Source: Trichosphaerium sp. ATCC 40318
Lineage: Eukaryota; Protista; Tubulinea
DNA length: 64,000 bases
Reading direction: 5' to 3'
Assembly: GCA_038496445.1 (NCBI GenBank)
Contig: JALMLS010000062.1
Span: 620,001 to 684,000 of the forward strand
Shown here: in pieces, positions 1-12,708 of the stretch
Layout: each line of letters opens with the position of its first letter
Position numbering within the stretch: the stretch's first letter is position 1
Position numbers and translations under genes: made by a program
Notes under the pieces: generated by a model
Told to the model about the DNA's origin: nothing
The model's database searches: none
Seen by the model: the letters and a program-made list of their open reading frames with translations, nothing else

Positions 1-912
1 TCTGCATACAGGAAATGCAGTAATCAAAGTGCCGATTGGGCAACAATAACGTCCGCGAAGTTACTCGGAAGTAGCAGGAGGTGTCGTGTATTAAAAGCGC
101 GGCGAAATGATACCGACGAGAGTATAGCTCTCAAAGTAATTGACGCAGTGAATAGAACTGCTGAATCATTCGCAGAGGATGCCAAGGCACTTGTAAGTAC
201 TTTTTTTTCTTTTTGCTTTTTTTAGTTTCAAACGACGTAAATACTTACTCAACTTCTCTAGGAGCGCGAATACGACTTCGCAGATAGTCTCGAGTACAAA
301 GGCATTGTAAAGCCCCTTGGCTTTCTACGTTGTGACCATGGCGTTGCTATTGCCATGCCCAGAGCGTACGGGTCCCTGTCAGATGTGCTTAAAAAGCCAG
401 CAATAGAATCTGCAGCACGCGTAGCTTCAGATCTGTTAGCTACGCTTTCTCAGCTACACGATGATGGCATTGTGCATAACAATGTAACGCCAGATAACAT
501 CTTGATGTTTCCTGGTGGGGCCGTACGGCTCACAGATTTCGGTGCTTCCGGGTATGTAAAGGATACTCGAAAGCTCAGAAACTTTATGGGCACTCCTGGT
601 TTTGTGTCGCCCTTCGCTGAGTATGGAGGGTACACAGCACGAAACGACCTTTTCGCAGTCGGCGTAACGATAATGCGACTCATGTTAGGTGACGACTACG
701 TGCCTGTTGAGGAGGATTCCAGTGCCAATGAGTTTGAGGCTAACTACCTCGCTTTTTCAAAGGTGAAGAATGTGTTCCTGAAAAGGTTCCCTCGCCAAGG
801 CAGCTGTATGGAACACTTGCTGGTTGATTTTGTGAAGGCTTGTCTTTATCCAGGAGACAACCCTCCGACTGCGCTTGATTTGATGGACCATCATTTCATC
901 TCGTTGGCGTAA
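1..912 (+). CDS. Protein kinase-fold protein, probable pseudokinase (5' end outside window)
   Basis: Frame 1 is open from base 1 (LLGSSRRCRV...IALKVI), then a GT-AG intron at 193-261, then ...IVHNNVTPDNILM...LTDFG...GTPGFVSPF...DLFAVG; stop at 910-912. Confidence 0.85.
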
Positions 913-1415
913 GAGAGGAGCAGCGTAGAAAGTCTGCCATTTTTTTTGGTAGAAAAAAATATGGCACTGAGAAAGGAGTTTTTTTTTTTGAGAGTTTTTT
1001 TATTGTAGGTGGATCTCTTGGTGTTGTGTTGTGGGACAAACCAAAGATCTTTCCTCTTTCCTCTCAACTTTTAGGTTTTTAAAAGGTACCCTTGTTGGTT
1101 GTGCGTTGGGGACAGAACCGACAAAGGCGTCCTATATTTTTTTTTTTTTTGAAGATTTTCTTTTTTTTATTTAGGTATTTCCGTTTCCTTAATCGTATTG
1201 TGTGTACGTGACAGGTTATTCTGCAACGGCTTGCTCTTAATAAAATAAATAATCCTTATTAATTCTGTTGCACGTTTTTCTCATAGTTGTAATTTCTCTT
1301 GTGTCTACTGAAGCAACACTTGTTATTACATTTTTACAAATGATTGCTATTATTTCACGTGAGTTTTCATGATTTATTTTCAGCTAAACTTTCATTTGAT
1401 TTCTATGTTTTTTTT

Positions 1416-4209
1416 TTATCTATCAAAGCCAGATACCTGCCATATTGGTGCTTGATCTAAAACAGCATCCACTCCTCCGTGAACACTACCAATAGGCATA
1501 TCTTTGCTTACCTTAAGTACACGTTGTAATCCATACTCTGCAATAAGAGTATACAACGCTTCTTTAATTATTGAATCAGCCTTTGAAATAATTAATAACA
1601 ATAGTTCAAACAAGATAGATTAAAAGTCGAATTGTATACCTCCTTAACACCATATTTCTCTTCATAGTGGTTCAATATAAGACTAGCACTTTCTATTGTA
1701 TTTTCAATTTGCTTTGCATCCGCCAGAAGCGTAGTCAACCTGAGAAGACAAGTTACAACCCAAGAATACTGTAAAAAAAAAATTACCTTTTCTGAGCATC
1801 TAAAGACCACGATGTGCTTGTATGGTGCTCTAATACCTCTCTTTCAAAATCAAGACGATAAAGCCTTCTACAAACAGCACATAAAAGCATAGTATCATGA
1901 TGAGGTAAATCATAATCAGCATCTTTGTTTCTGTAGTACTCATAGGTGCACAGTGCCTTTACATCGCGTTCAAGAATACTTAATATCTTAACCATTGTTG
2001 GACTCGTTACTGTCTTTTCTGATTCCAATAGACGCTCTTTTGACACTCTTGGAGGTGTTGTAGATCGTGTAGTATCGTTGTTTTCGAGACTCTGTGATAT
2101 ATGTCTAGACAGTTCTCGCCTTGGAGATATCGTAACATCTGAGTCATCATCAGGCTGAAACAATAGTTAGTTTTCAGGCAATAATTCTCATGGCGCACGT
2201 TTTGTACAACACTAATGGCTACGCCGTCAGGTGTATTCTCGCTTTGCGTTATAGGAGGAGCTGCACTAACTTTTTTAAGGGGAATTGGTTTCCCTGATGC
2301 CTACATAACAGTCAGACGGTGAAGGGTAAAAAAGTAGCTATGTTGTGCCTTTGTTTTAAATACGTTTGTCATACAACCCATTATTTCTTTCCAGCCTATG
2401 ATGCGCCATATAGATACAAGTACATCTAGCATATCTGATTCTAGTGGTGTCATTTTTAGATGTGTCTGTGAAAGGATATCCCTAATACAACGATAAGCAC
2501 AATTGATTTCAAGAACTTTTGTTGTACGTTAGGTCCGTGGTTGTCACTGGCTCTTCAGCGTGTGCATCTGATTCCAGCTGCTCAATCATATTTGGATGTG
2601 GTTCGTTTAATGAAGGCCATACTTCTCTTGGTATAAAAAATGAGAACACGTGCAAACACACAATGGAAAATGTCAAAAAAAGAAGAAAATAAAAACTTAC
2701 TTTTTGTAATGTGGAATACCAATATCATCAACGCGTTTCTTTGTTGATGGTGTAATGCTATTCAATAGGAGCATTGCTTCATCATACTCACAAAGAGCTA
2801 CCTTACATCGTGCTAAGAGTACTTGAACACGTGGTTCTGGAGATAACTCAAGAGCACTCAATGCGCTTTTGTAGGCCAACTGAGGTTTCTCCTCACGCAA
2901 ATACAATAGTGCCTGCACTGTAAGTTAAATTCACTGCGTTTAAATAATGCAAAAGACGTACTAATTGTACGTGAACATCTGTTAGCCAAGGTGCCGCTTC
3001 GTGTGCCTTTGTGAGAGATTCAATGTGCTTCACAATACTCTTTTTACTATCAGTTACTTGAGCGAGTATATTATGCATAGCAGGATACTTAACGACAACT
3101 TGATAGACAGTCAAAGAGAACTAATTACAAACAAAGCAAAAAACAAAGAAAAAAAAATAAAAAAAGATACGTGATGTAAAGAACACTCTCAATTGATTCC
3201 AACGCTGAGATTTAGCGAACATGCGCTGAATAGATCGGACCAGAATGTTATTGCCCAAAGTTGAAATAGCCCCAGCATCAGGTGAGCCAAGAGTTTTTGC
3301 TTCACCGCAAACGACTGCAGCTGCCTTTAAGAATTGTTCTTCATCCTTCATAGTAACCAAACATGGTTCCATACGTAGAGGAGCTACTTTATAATTCTCA
3401 GAATTCTTTTTACAAACTGTGAGTTGCGCAACAAGTCAAAAAAAAAGTTATTTTCTCGAAGAAAATGAGAAAATATTAGGAATGTCAAGCATGACATTTT
3501 AATAATGTATGCGTACCAAACTACGTAAAACACCGCTAACATATAATGCCTGAAAGAATTTATCATCATCAGATGGTATGACTTGCCTACAAAGGTACTT
3601 AAGAAAACCTTCTTCGAAAAAACAATAAACACAACTTACTCAGTTCCCCTGCTATTAACAGCTGTTATCACAGGCTGAGATGCTACTTCACCTACCATAT
3701 CTACTGCCATTACAACGTCGACATTATAGAATGGGTTATATGAGCAGTAATAGCACTTTGTGACCTGTGTATCGCTATTTTCGTGAGAAAGTTTTAAAAC
3801 AATAGTTTTTCCGTACTGGACGCCAAAAATGCTTGTTTCAAGATTGGTAACGAGTTTAGCTATGTATCCTATCGGAAAAGCTGTAGTATTGACACCCTAC
3901 GTTAAGTTACGGAGTACTGGTGGAGGAAGCGTCTACAATTTGCGTACAAGCACCCAATGATAATATCCGGCTTTTGTATCGCCTATCGGTACGTTTAGGG
4001 TACGCTTGAGGGTTTTATACCAGTTTAAAGACTTATGCTCTTTTACGAGCACTACCATATCCGGGGGTCCTTTTAGCGATTAGAGGCAGTTCTTTTTTGG
4101 CCAAATACTCACCTAGCCCTGAAAAATGTTGTATGGCATCTCTACGCTTCTGTAGAGCTTCACCGGAATCCAATTCTACTCTTTCAACCGTGTGCGATAT
4201 TGTAGCCAT
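1416..4209 (-). CDS. ChAPs family (Chs5p-Arf1p-binding; exomer cargo adaptor, Bch1/Bud7-like) TPR protein, multi-exon
   Basis: Spliced translation gives GPPDMVVLVK, GYYHWVL/GVNTT and YCSYNPFYNVDV, which match ChAPs N-terminal motifs. TPR segment QALLYLREEKPQLAYKSALSALELSPEPRVQVLLARCKVALCEYDEAMLLLNS. Confidence 0.75.
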
Positions 4210-5294
4210 AGAAAAGGGATAGTGTGCCTATTTTGGTCGTATTCTTTACCTACAAGACCAAGAGCAGCTACTAGGTCGCGCTAATGGCACAAGCGTTGAT
4301 TTGCACTGAAAATGACTTATTGACGAAAAGGTTGCGCCCGTTCCGTATTAAGACTTTACTTCACATCACAACGAGGTACAAAAGTTCTTGCACTTGTTTT
4401 CATCAAATACCAAATATAGCGTTTACAAGCCCAATACTCGAAACACATAGTAGCTCGATACAGTACTCGTTTGGGTTTGTTGTACTCATTGCGCACTTTA
4501 TTCTACGCTGTTGGCTCTACGGTTGCTCGTAGGGTTTGTGGGAGTTAATACTGGACGTAATGGATTCTTCTCCAACCAATACGTTTTTAAGGCGTCTGTA
4601 CGGCCTACTATGACTGCCTCTGAGTAACTTATCAAAGCGAAGGTTTTGTAGTATTTTTGTGTACTTGACCTAACACTTTCAACGAAAGGAAGTCAATTAA
4701 TAGCAACGCTTTAAAGCTCAAAATGCATAGACAGATGTTGTTGCACGAATTTAACGAGAGCTGGGTAATTGTGATTGGCGTTTTAATTACAGTTATTTAC
4801 ATTTAATTTTACACTTAGTTTGACTTTTTTGAATACTCTGTCTTCTCCAAATTGATGTTAATAGCTCAACATCTACCATGTGAAGAATATTCTTTGTCTA
4901 TCTTTGCAAAACGTCGTTTGTTTCGTCGTTGGCGAACAGATCTGGGATTGACATTGCGTGCAATAGCAGTGCAAAGGCAAACAAAAAGTGATGCCGGTAA
5001 GAGGACAGCAGGGGCGAGGAAGGTTCTTGATGTTGTAGTGTTCATTGGTGATGTCTTAGAAATAATGATTGTCAAAGATCACAAATTGTACTGTTCCATA
5101 CAGTGAAATCCAAAAAATTTTCGTCAAAATAATTGGATAAAAAACCGTTGAAAGATATTTCAGTGAACAAGCAAGAAAAGTTGAAATAAGAAATTAGCAC
5201 GAAAAACATTGATTATGGTCCACTAATACAGTGTTATAAGAATTAGCGCGTTAGAGAATGTACATTGGCGGTTTATTGTGAGTTTGGGGGTTTT

Positions 5295-7360
5295 TTACAT
5301 GGTTTCGAAGCAGAGTGCTCTTGGAGCGAGTTGATCCATCAAATCGGCATCGGTGGCACTCTGACTGCGTTGGTATAATTGTTTCTCTACAGGAGATAAA
5401 GTCAGAAGAGCCAACCAAAACAAGAAACAAAAAAACAAAACTTCCAAAAAAGTTCTTAACGATCTGTACAAGGTTCGATAAAGATCCAACCCAAAGAAAA
5501 GGGAGGTACCCAGAATCTTTGGTTCGAAACCAACCCAGAAATGGAGGTATCCTTGAATAAGACTCGAAGTAGGAGAGAAGAGAAAAAAAAGGACTAAAAT
5601 AAGGTTGCTGAACTCTTGCGTACTCGTTCTGAAGATTCTCATGCTTTGTTTCAATTCTTCTTTGAATCGAGGGTCACGCATTTCTACGTAGTTAATAGGT
5701 TGGCAAATAAACTATAATAACGTTAGCATTGAAATAGCTGAAGAGTTTGATTTGTCGACTTCGAAGAGTTAAAGTAGTAACTTTTTTTGTTGTTGTGTGG
5801 GAAAAAAGTAGTTACGACTTTGAAAAAAAAAATTATCGGCCGAGATTCGTACTTTATGGGTTTGAAATAATTCGCGATAACCTCCATGTAAGAGGTATAC
5901 TTGTGGGTAATCGACCTTTGGATACTCGTTAACATTTCTTTGTTGGTCAAGAGCAACCAAGTGTCGAAGCCTAAAAACAAATCGTAAGACACAAATAAAT
6001 CAGAAAAAAGGTATTAAAAAAACGTTCAAAACAAAACAAAACCCAAAAGTTGTTTCAGGAATTGTGGTTTACGAGTTTTCTTAAAATCGTATTTTATCGA
6101 AAAGCGCACGTACAATTTAGGTCCGCGGTGAGAAGAGAATTCGCCTGTGGGTAGAGAGTGAGAAGAAGATATAGTAAGAGAACCGTAAAAGAAAACTACA
6201 AACTTTTTTCGGCAACCACTGTGAGCGCAGTTCCCATTTAGATGGAAATTTGCGATAGTTTTAAACGTTTTTAGTAACAAAAAAAAAAGACTTCACGCCA
6301 GAATTAGAAGTGTTTGGTTAAATGGAGGGTAACACTTACAGTGAAATATAACACAAACGTTGTCTCCCATCTTTCTCAACTCGTCGTTTTCGCCAAAAAA
6401 GTAGGATTCGACAGAATCGGGTGTAGTGAGGTTGATAGCGCCCTAACAAGAGTAAATACAAAAGATCACCGAGTACGTAAAAAAAATCGAAACGACAGCT
6501 ACGCGAATAGAAATGAAACAAGAAGCGTGAACCGTGAGAAAAAACACGATAAGGTACCTTGATGTGACCACCTTCGTACTCGTAACCGAACCTGCAGTCC
6601 ACAATTACAATACGTTTAAATAAATTGTCGTATTTACCAGCGATAAGCTCCACAATCTAAAAAAATACGGTAAACAAACTTGTTACAAGAGTTGAAGACG
6701 AAAGAGATAAAAAAAACTTGAAAATGTCGGTTTGGGTTTTTGTACCAAAAGCACGTTATTAGAAAAACGTGTGGATATGGTATTATAAGCGTGAAATAAG
6801 TGTAGACGTTGTAGTTTAAAAATGGGCGGGAGGGTGAATTCAAAAAAAACTTCAAAAAAAAAAAAATCTGATTTTGAGCCGAGGATTTTGATTCAACTGA
6901 GCTGTCAATTATCATGCTCAGTTTGTAGGTAAATATAGTAATGACGTACAGTGCTTGCTATGATGCAGTTGCATCCAGGTTTGGACTTTAGGGAGAGAGT
7001 TCGAAGTTTGAGAGGAATATATTGCAGCGGGAATGGATCGCTTGAGTTTAGGGCGCCATGGTGCTGTTTGTTTTGGTTCATGTCCGAGTTAAAAGCTGGT
7101 CGCGGTAAATGGCGAAAATTTGGATCAATGTTTTCATGACCAGTGCCTTGAGCGTGCCATACACCTCCTGGCATGTTACCTATCGATACGCACTGCTTTT
7201 TGCGTTCGTAGTTCATAACATTGTTGTAAGAGGGATATTTGCTTCTTAAACACCCGCGGGCACTTCTAGGGCTGTTTCTTGCTGATTTACTTGGCTCGTT
7301 GAAAAAGCCTTCCTCTCCAAGGGCTGGGATACTCTTTCGTTCGACTGGGGATGAGAACAT
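5295..7360 (-). CDS. CDC25: CDC25-type M-phase inducer phosphatase (rhodanese fold), multi-exon; true 5' end uncertain
   Basis: [21 protein letters not shown], spliced catalytic motif [32 protein letters not shown]. Confidence 0.92.
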
Positions 7361-9594
7361 TGTGACGTGGGACAAAGGAGGTGCTCGCTAGTGATTTTAG
7401 AACGAAATGTTTTACCGTTACAGTTTTAGGCGTCAAGTGCCGAGCGGTTTGACACTCAACTTTTAGCCATCTTCAACACGCTGTGTAAGGCGCTCTGGTA
7501 CAATTCTAAGGTAACAACTAAAGGCGGGAGCTCAAAAATGATTTATTTGTGTTCTGAACCTATTGGTGCACTACTAATGTGCGCGAATATGAATACTCTC
7601 ACTATTAGCAACGTACACGCGAGATTATGTTAAAAGTTATCCATTACTAGACTTTTTGTGCAACTTGTCGCTTTAAACTTCTCTACCATCTTTTACCATA
7701 CAAACAAGTCTTCGGCGCATATTTACCTAAATAGGAGAGCACTCTCAACCCAAACTCGGAGTTGAAGAACGTAAGAACCGTAACAGTCGTCTAGAATGTT
7801 GCTACACGTTTGCAATTGTGCATCGGGTCATGTAGATGGTATATAACGCTATTCTCGCGTAGATCCTAACTTCTAAATTGGTGAGCATTCAGCAGAATAC
7901 TGAAAATCTTGTTGCACTTACAAAAGACCAGAAAACAAATAAACGTGTTCTAGCACGCTAAAAAATGAAGTTTTCAGTATTAATTGCTTGGAGAAAATTG
8001 CATAAATGAGGAAATTGTGAGGTCAATGATGGGTTTTAATCACTTGGAATAGTTTGTACCGTAGTGTATTTATCTGTGACGCGATTGTTTGTAATATAAA
8101 CCAAGGCGTACCGAGTCACAAAGTTTTTCGTGTTCACTTCAAACTTATTCTTAACGCTACCATTACATCTCCAAGGTGCTGCAATTGAGGTGTTTAACAT
8201 GGTGGTAGCACTTTTTGAGGGCGTGTATTAGTTGTGGAGAAACAGTTTTCTTACACAGGAGGCAACAAGTCACTACATGACTTGTAAGTAGATAGATACG
8301 AGTACTTGAGCACAGTTTTTTTAAAACGATTTCGCGGTTTTTTGTATCATGTGCACCAAACCGGCAGTGCTTCGACCACGTTAAAAACTCGACTGAGAAA
8401 ATATTCCTTCGTGTATTTAGGGCGTGTTTAGAGCGTATTTGGGTTTGTAAAAGGATTGAGAAGGCGCCAAAAAAATCAGAAAGAAATAATACCTTTTGTT
8501 TGGCTGTCTGTGCAACATGTACTGTGTTTCGTCTTTAAACAATGTTGTGTAATTGTGAATGGCTTTAAATAGATGGTCTTCTGGTAAATTTCTTTGAACT
8601 TTATTGGCGCGAGTGCTAGGCGGGTTAGAACAAACAGCGTTGTGTAATATAAATTGTTTTGGGAAAAAAAGTTTTTTTGGTTTTTTTGTTTAGGGGATAT
8701 CTCCATTGTATGGGAAAAACATTTTGTTTTTAATATCTTATTATTAAACTACGTACTTGAATTTATCAGTGTATACGTGAAAGCGATTAACTTGTGGTTG
8801 ATACTATGTACGCTATTAAATACCTTGAGATACATATTTTATAGCACGAAATAGCGTGTATACGTTGTTATCACGTGTTCCCGCTATTGAACGTCGGAGT
8901 GATCGACATTTGGTTATCTTACGATTGTATCTTTTGTTTTTACGCACCACGTACCGTAATGTAGAGTTATACAAACCTTGGCCTTATTTCTGGGAAATAA
9001 TCGTCAATCGTTTCGATCAATTTGTTACTTTAGATAGGCAACACTCTTAGCTAATGCGTGAGAGTGCAGTGGTTCCTTCAATGTGTAATTGGAGTCTTAA
9101 TTTAGTGGTTCACGCCGAATTTAATGCATATCGCCACTGTGGTGAGTGTTTGAATGATTGAAACACGTTTTTGTGCAAATTGTTTCGTGTTGGCTTTGTA
9201 TTAATTGTTATTCCTGTTTTTCGGTGTATGTAACTGAATAAAGCTTGAAACGGCTGGAAAGGTTAAAATACAAGCCATGAAATTTCATAAGCATCAGAGG
9301 CAAGTTTAATTTGCATGGTTACTTTAAATATGCGTAATAGTACATCTCGTGGGTTTATCACGTGATAAAATTGCGTATCTCCTCTATGTACGTTTACGTA
9401 TGCTTGTGTTATTGGGAGCGCTCAAGCGACGAGGAGCAAAGGCAAAGTTGTAACAATTGCATCATTGGCTTAAAGAACCTCATTGACTCAATTGAATGCT
9501 CATTTTTTTATCTCGCACAAAAAATGTCACGTTGCAGTCAATGAAATAGTTGTTTTTGTTACAAGTGTTTTATACTGTATTAACGCGGTTTAAT

Positions 9595-11300
9595 CTATTT
9601 CTGTCTCATAAAGAGTTCTATAATACTCTTCAAAGATGGCGGATCCTGAGGTCCAAAGTTTTTTACAATTATTGGAGCATATTTTGTCCTTATAGCTTCA
9701 TTCTTTGACCAACGTAAACAAAGCATACCATTTAATAGTTCTTCTTCAACCATCAGCTTTCTGTTCATGTCAAGGAAGGATAGATTAGCTAGTGCAAATG
9801 CACCAAACTCTGAAACAACTTCAATGGTCGATGTTGTAAGTGAATAAAATGGTTTTATGATTGACCAAACAAATCCACTTTCACGTTCCACTTCCCTTTG
9901 AATAAAATATTAAAAAAAACATACTGGATATCCAGTTAACACATACCGGACATTTTCGGGTGTGTATGTTGACATACACTTTGCAATTTTATCAGCGACT
10001 TTCACCTTCAGCTCTTCGTTTTTAAAGTCCGCTAATAAACCTGTTAGCATGTTGTTTATTCGATAAAAATTGAATGTAGCAAATCACATTGTGAGTAAGG
10101 ATTGATTGATACTATTTTTTTTTTTCTTGGATATTTAACGCACGACTGTTGAGAATGCATGCCAGGCAAAAAGATGTCAAGTATTCTGTTGTTATGACTG
10201 TTCTTTCATTGTCAATAACATTTGTATCAATTTTTATTAGAATACTAGCAACATCCAACTCAATGAGACGTTTAATTCCTGTTGCTAAACAAAAAAAAAA
10301 ATCAAAACCCAAGAAAAATATATTTTAACCTTACGTCCATTTGCACAGCATTGAAGGCATCCAATAACTCGGTAAAGCGAATCAGGGCTTGGTAATTCTT
10401 CTGGTTTTTCAAGTAGAGCCTTTAACTCTTCTATACAGCCTTCCTTAATCAAATAATCTCGGCTATCATCTAAACAACAAATGTGTCAAAATCAAACAAG
10501 AAACAAAAAAAAAAAATGTCAGCCATCTTCAGGCATTCATAAACGCAAGAAAAAAAAGACAAATACCGTATTCTAGGAATCCCCACATTGCACCAATGCC
10601 TACAACTTTAAATTCCACATCCTCATTCCTTAGGAATGAGATGTAGTGCTTCAATGCACCATGTTGAAGTAGACAAGTCATGAATTCGCCTTTGACACAA
10701 AGAGTCAACCTCATACTATACTCCTTACGTTATCGTACGATTCTGTGGAGTTGTTAGAGCTGTTAAGAGTGCTAATGCTTACCTCTGCGAAATTCCAGCA
10801 AGCTGATGCCGCAAATCTGGCCTTGGGTAATAGTGTGAGGGTTTTTTCGCGTGTTGTATACGTACAAGGTGTATGTAACGTCCGTCAAGAGTTACAGATA
10901 TTACATCACTTGTCATTAAGTCCGTAATCAATGCCACACCTCCATTATCGCGAAAGTAACGTTTGTTGGCAACTACATTTTAAAAACAGTTTTTAACTCG
11001 TAAAGGAAGCATTGGGCAGCTACTTACTGCATTGAGGATTGCCCCATGGCATAAAAACACCTGTATCGTACGCAAAATATTGCAAAGACATGAACTTTTC
11101 AAAAACAGTCCCCACGCGTAGGGCTGCGAGGTTTTCATCTAATTTTTCTTTATCAGGCTTCGTGTCAGGCAGCTTCTTGTTCAGAATCTCCAAAGCATTG
11201 TCAGCCACTTTTGCCATGTCCAAACAGAAGTTGCTGATTGTTAAATGACTTTCAGGATGTAGCTTAATACGCTTCAACAAACGGAACTGCGATTAAGGTA
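9595..11300 (-). CDS. Armadillo/HEAT-repeat protein, multi-exon; 5' end unresolved (may extend towards ~11.9 kb)
   Basis: ARM-like helical repeats: GALKHYISFLRNEDVEFKVVGIGAMWGF and IIKPFYSLTTSTIEVVSEFGAFALANLS; stop at 9595. Confidence 0.65.
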
Positions 11301-12040
11301 ACACCGCTCATAAAACCATTCTTGTCGCTATGGGCACGTGCTTGTATCAAATTGTGAATGTTGTTTACCTCTACGTAACTCTTGCTTCTCAAAAGGTACC
11401 TTCGAATTCCATATTGCTACGACTTTGACACTAGCAATTTGTACCTCAAATTTTTGAGAAGGCAACCTAGTTGTCCTTCTAGGGTATGAAATTCTTTTCA
11501 TTGTTTAACGATTATACACTATTAGGTTCCCTATTAAGACTGTGGGTTTCTAACTTCGGTAAAGAGTATGCAGTAATTTCCAGAAATGTCACCAAATTTA
11601 TTTTTGGTTGCAGCATGTTCTCTTCAAAGTCTCGATACTGGAAGTAGAATTTGGGTTTTGTTTTCAGTGACCGCTATTTGTACAGTACTTCTAAGCGCAG
11701 AGAAGAAGCTGCGTTTATAAAGTTGCAAAAGTACAAGCTGTCATCTGTACGATTTTCAGCCAGTGAATTACCTTTGTGCAGTCATCATGCACGAGCAGCG
11801 CAAATTTGATCTAAACATTCGTAGACACTCGGCTGCAACTATAGAGACATGTTTTGTCAAAGTATTGCAGTGGTAAGTTGATAACGAAGATGGCCAAAGA
11901 GCCAAGCAACCTAAAGTTAAAAAAATCTGACACGCGAGGCAAGGACGTTGGAGTTCGTTTTGCTGAGTGTAAAAAGTACCCTTGTGCAAAGAGATGGCAG
12001 TTACGACCGTTGTTTTTTTTATTGAGGATTTAGTTACCAA

Positions 12041-12478
12041 TTAAAAGCCAGCGCGTACTGGTGGCGCAACGAGGATTACACCGTCGCCTCGTACGAAGAG
12101 CATGTCAACTTTACGTTTTTCAGGCTAATCAAAGAGTTAGGTTTGGTTTAGGTTGTTATAACGCATGCCTTGACGATTTCTTCAAAGGTTTCTTCATCAA
12201 TTTCTGCTGTTGTGTGGGTTTCCTCAACATCGCTTAGAATCATATTTAAATGCTGGTCATATGCCTTTAGTGGTATTAGGTGCATAATTAAATAACATTT
12301 GTAAGATTTACGTTTAATTTGCCTCGCAGCTCTCTGTCGCCTCGCAATTTGACGTAAATTACTTCATCAAGACTTAGGCGTATTAGATCGAGTGGTTCTT
12401 GCACAGTGGTGCTTGCTACCTCCTATAGATTGTTATTTAAGCGTTCCACGGTAATGTACGCACAGGTTGTCCCGACAT
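12041..12478 (-). CDS. LSM3: U6 snRNA-associated Sm-like protein LSm3 (4 exons)
   Basis: [45 protein letters not shown]...[15 protein letters not shown]. Confidence 0.96.
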
Positions 12479-12708
12479 GAACCAGTTTTTGCCGAAGAAT
12501 AAGCGACAAGACTTAGCTAGTAAACTCGCTCTACAATCTAGTATACGCACTACAGTACTGGCATACTCGAACGACGTGGTCACTGGACATTTTGTAACTC
12601 CGCAAGCTTGGCATTCTCGACATTCTCTTTTACCAGTGGAAGCTGCCTTCTTCAGACGAAAGAACAACAATACGCTTTGAATTTCTTCTATTGAGACTTG
12701 TTGCATAA

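Noticed and set aside
4284-4626. Possible small spliced + strand gene (MAQALICTENDLL...)
   Set aside because: Splice sites are plausible but there is no recognisable motif, so it cannot be supported.
5000-5035. gaggaaggttct as an RNase P/MRP CR-I motif
   Set aside because: Imperfect match, and no complementary CR-V partner was found.
11300-12030. Separate gene or F-box exon upstream of the ARM gene
   Set aside because: I could not build a stop-free spliced model; left unresolved.
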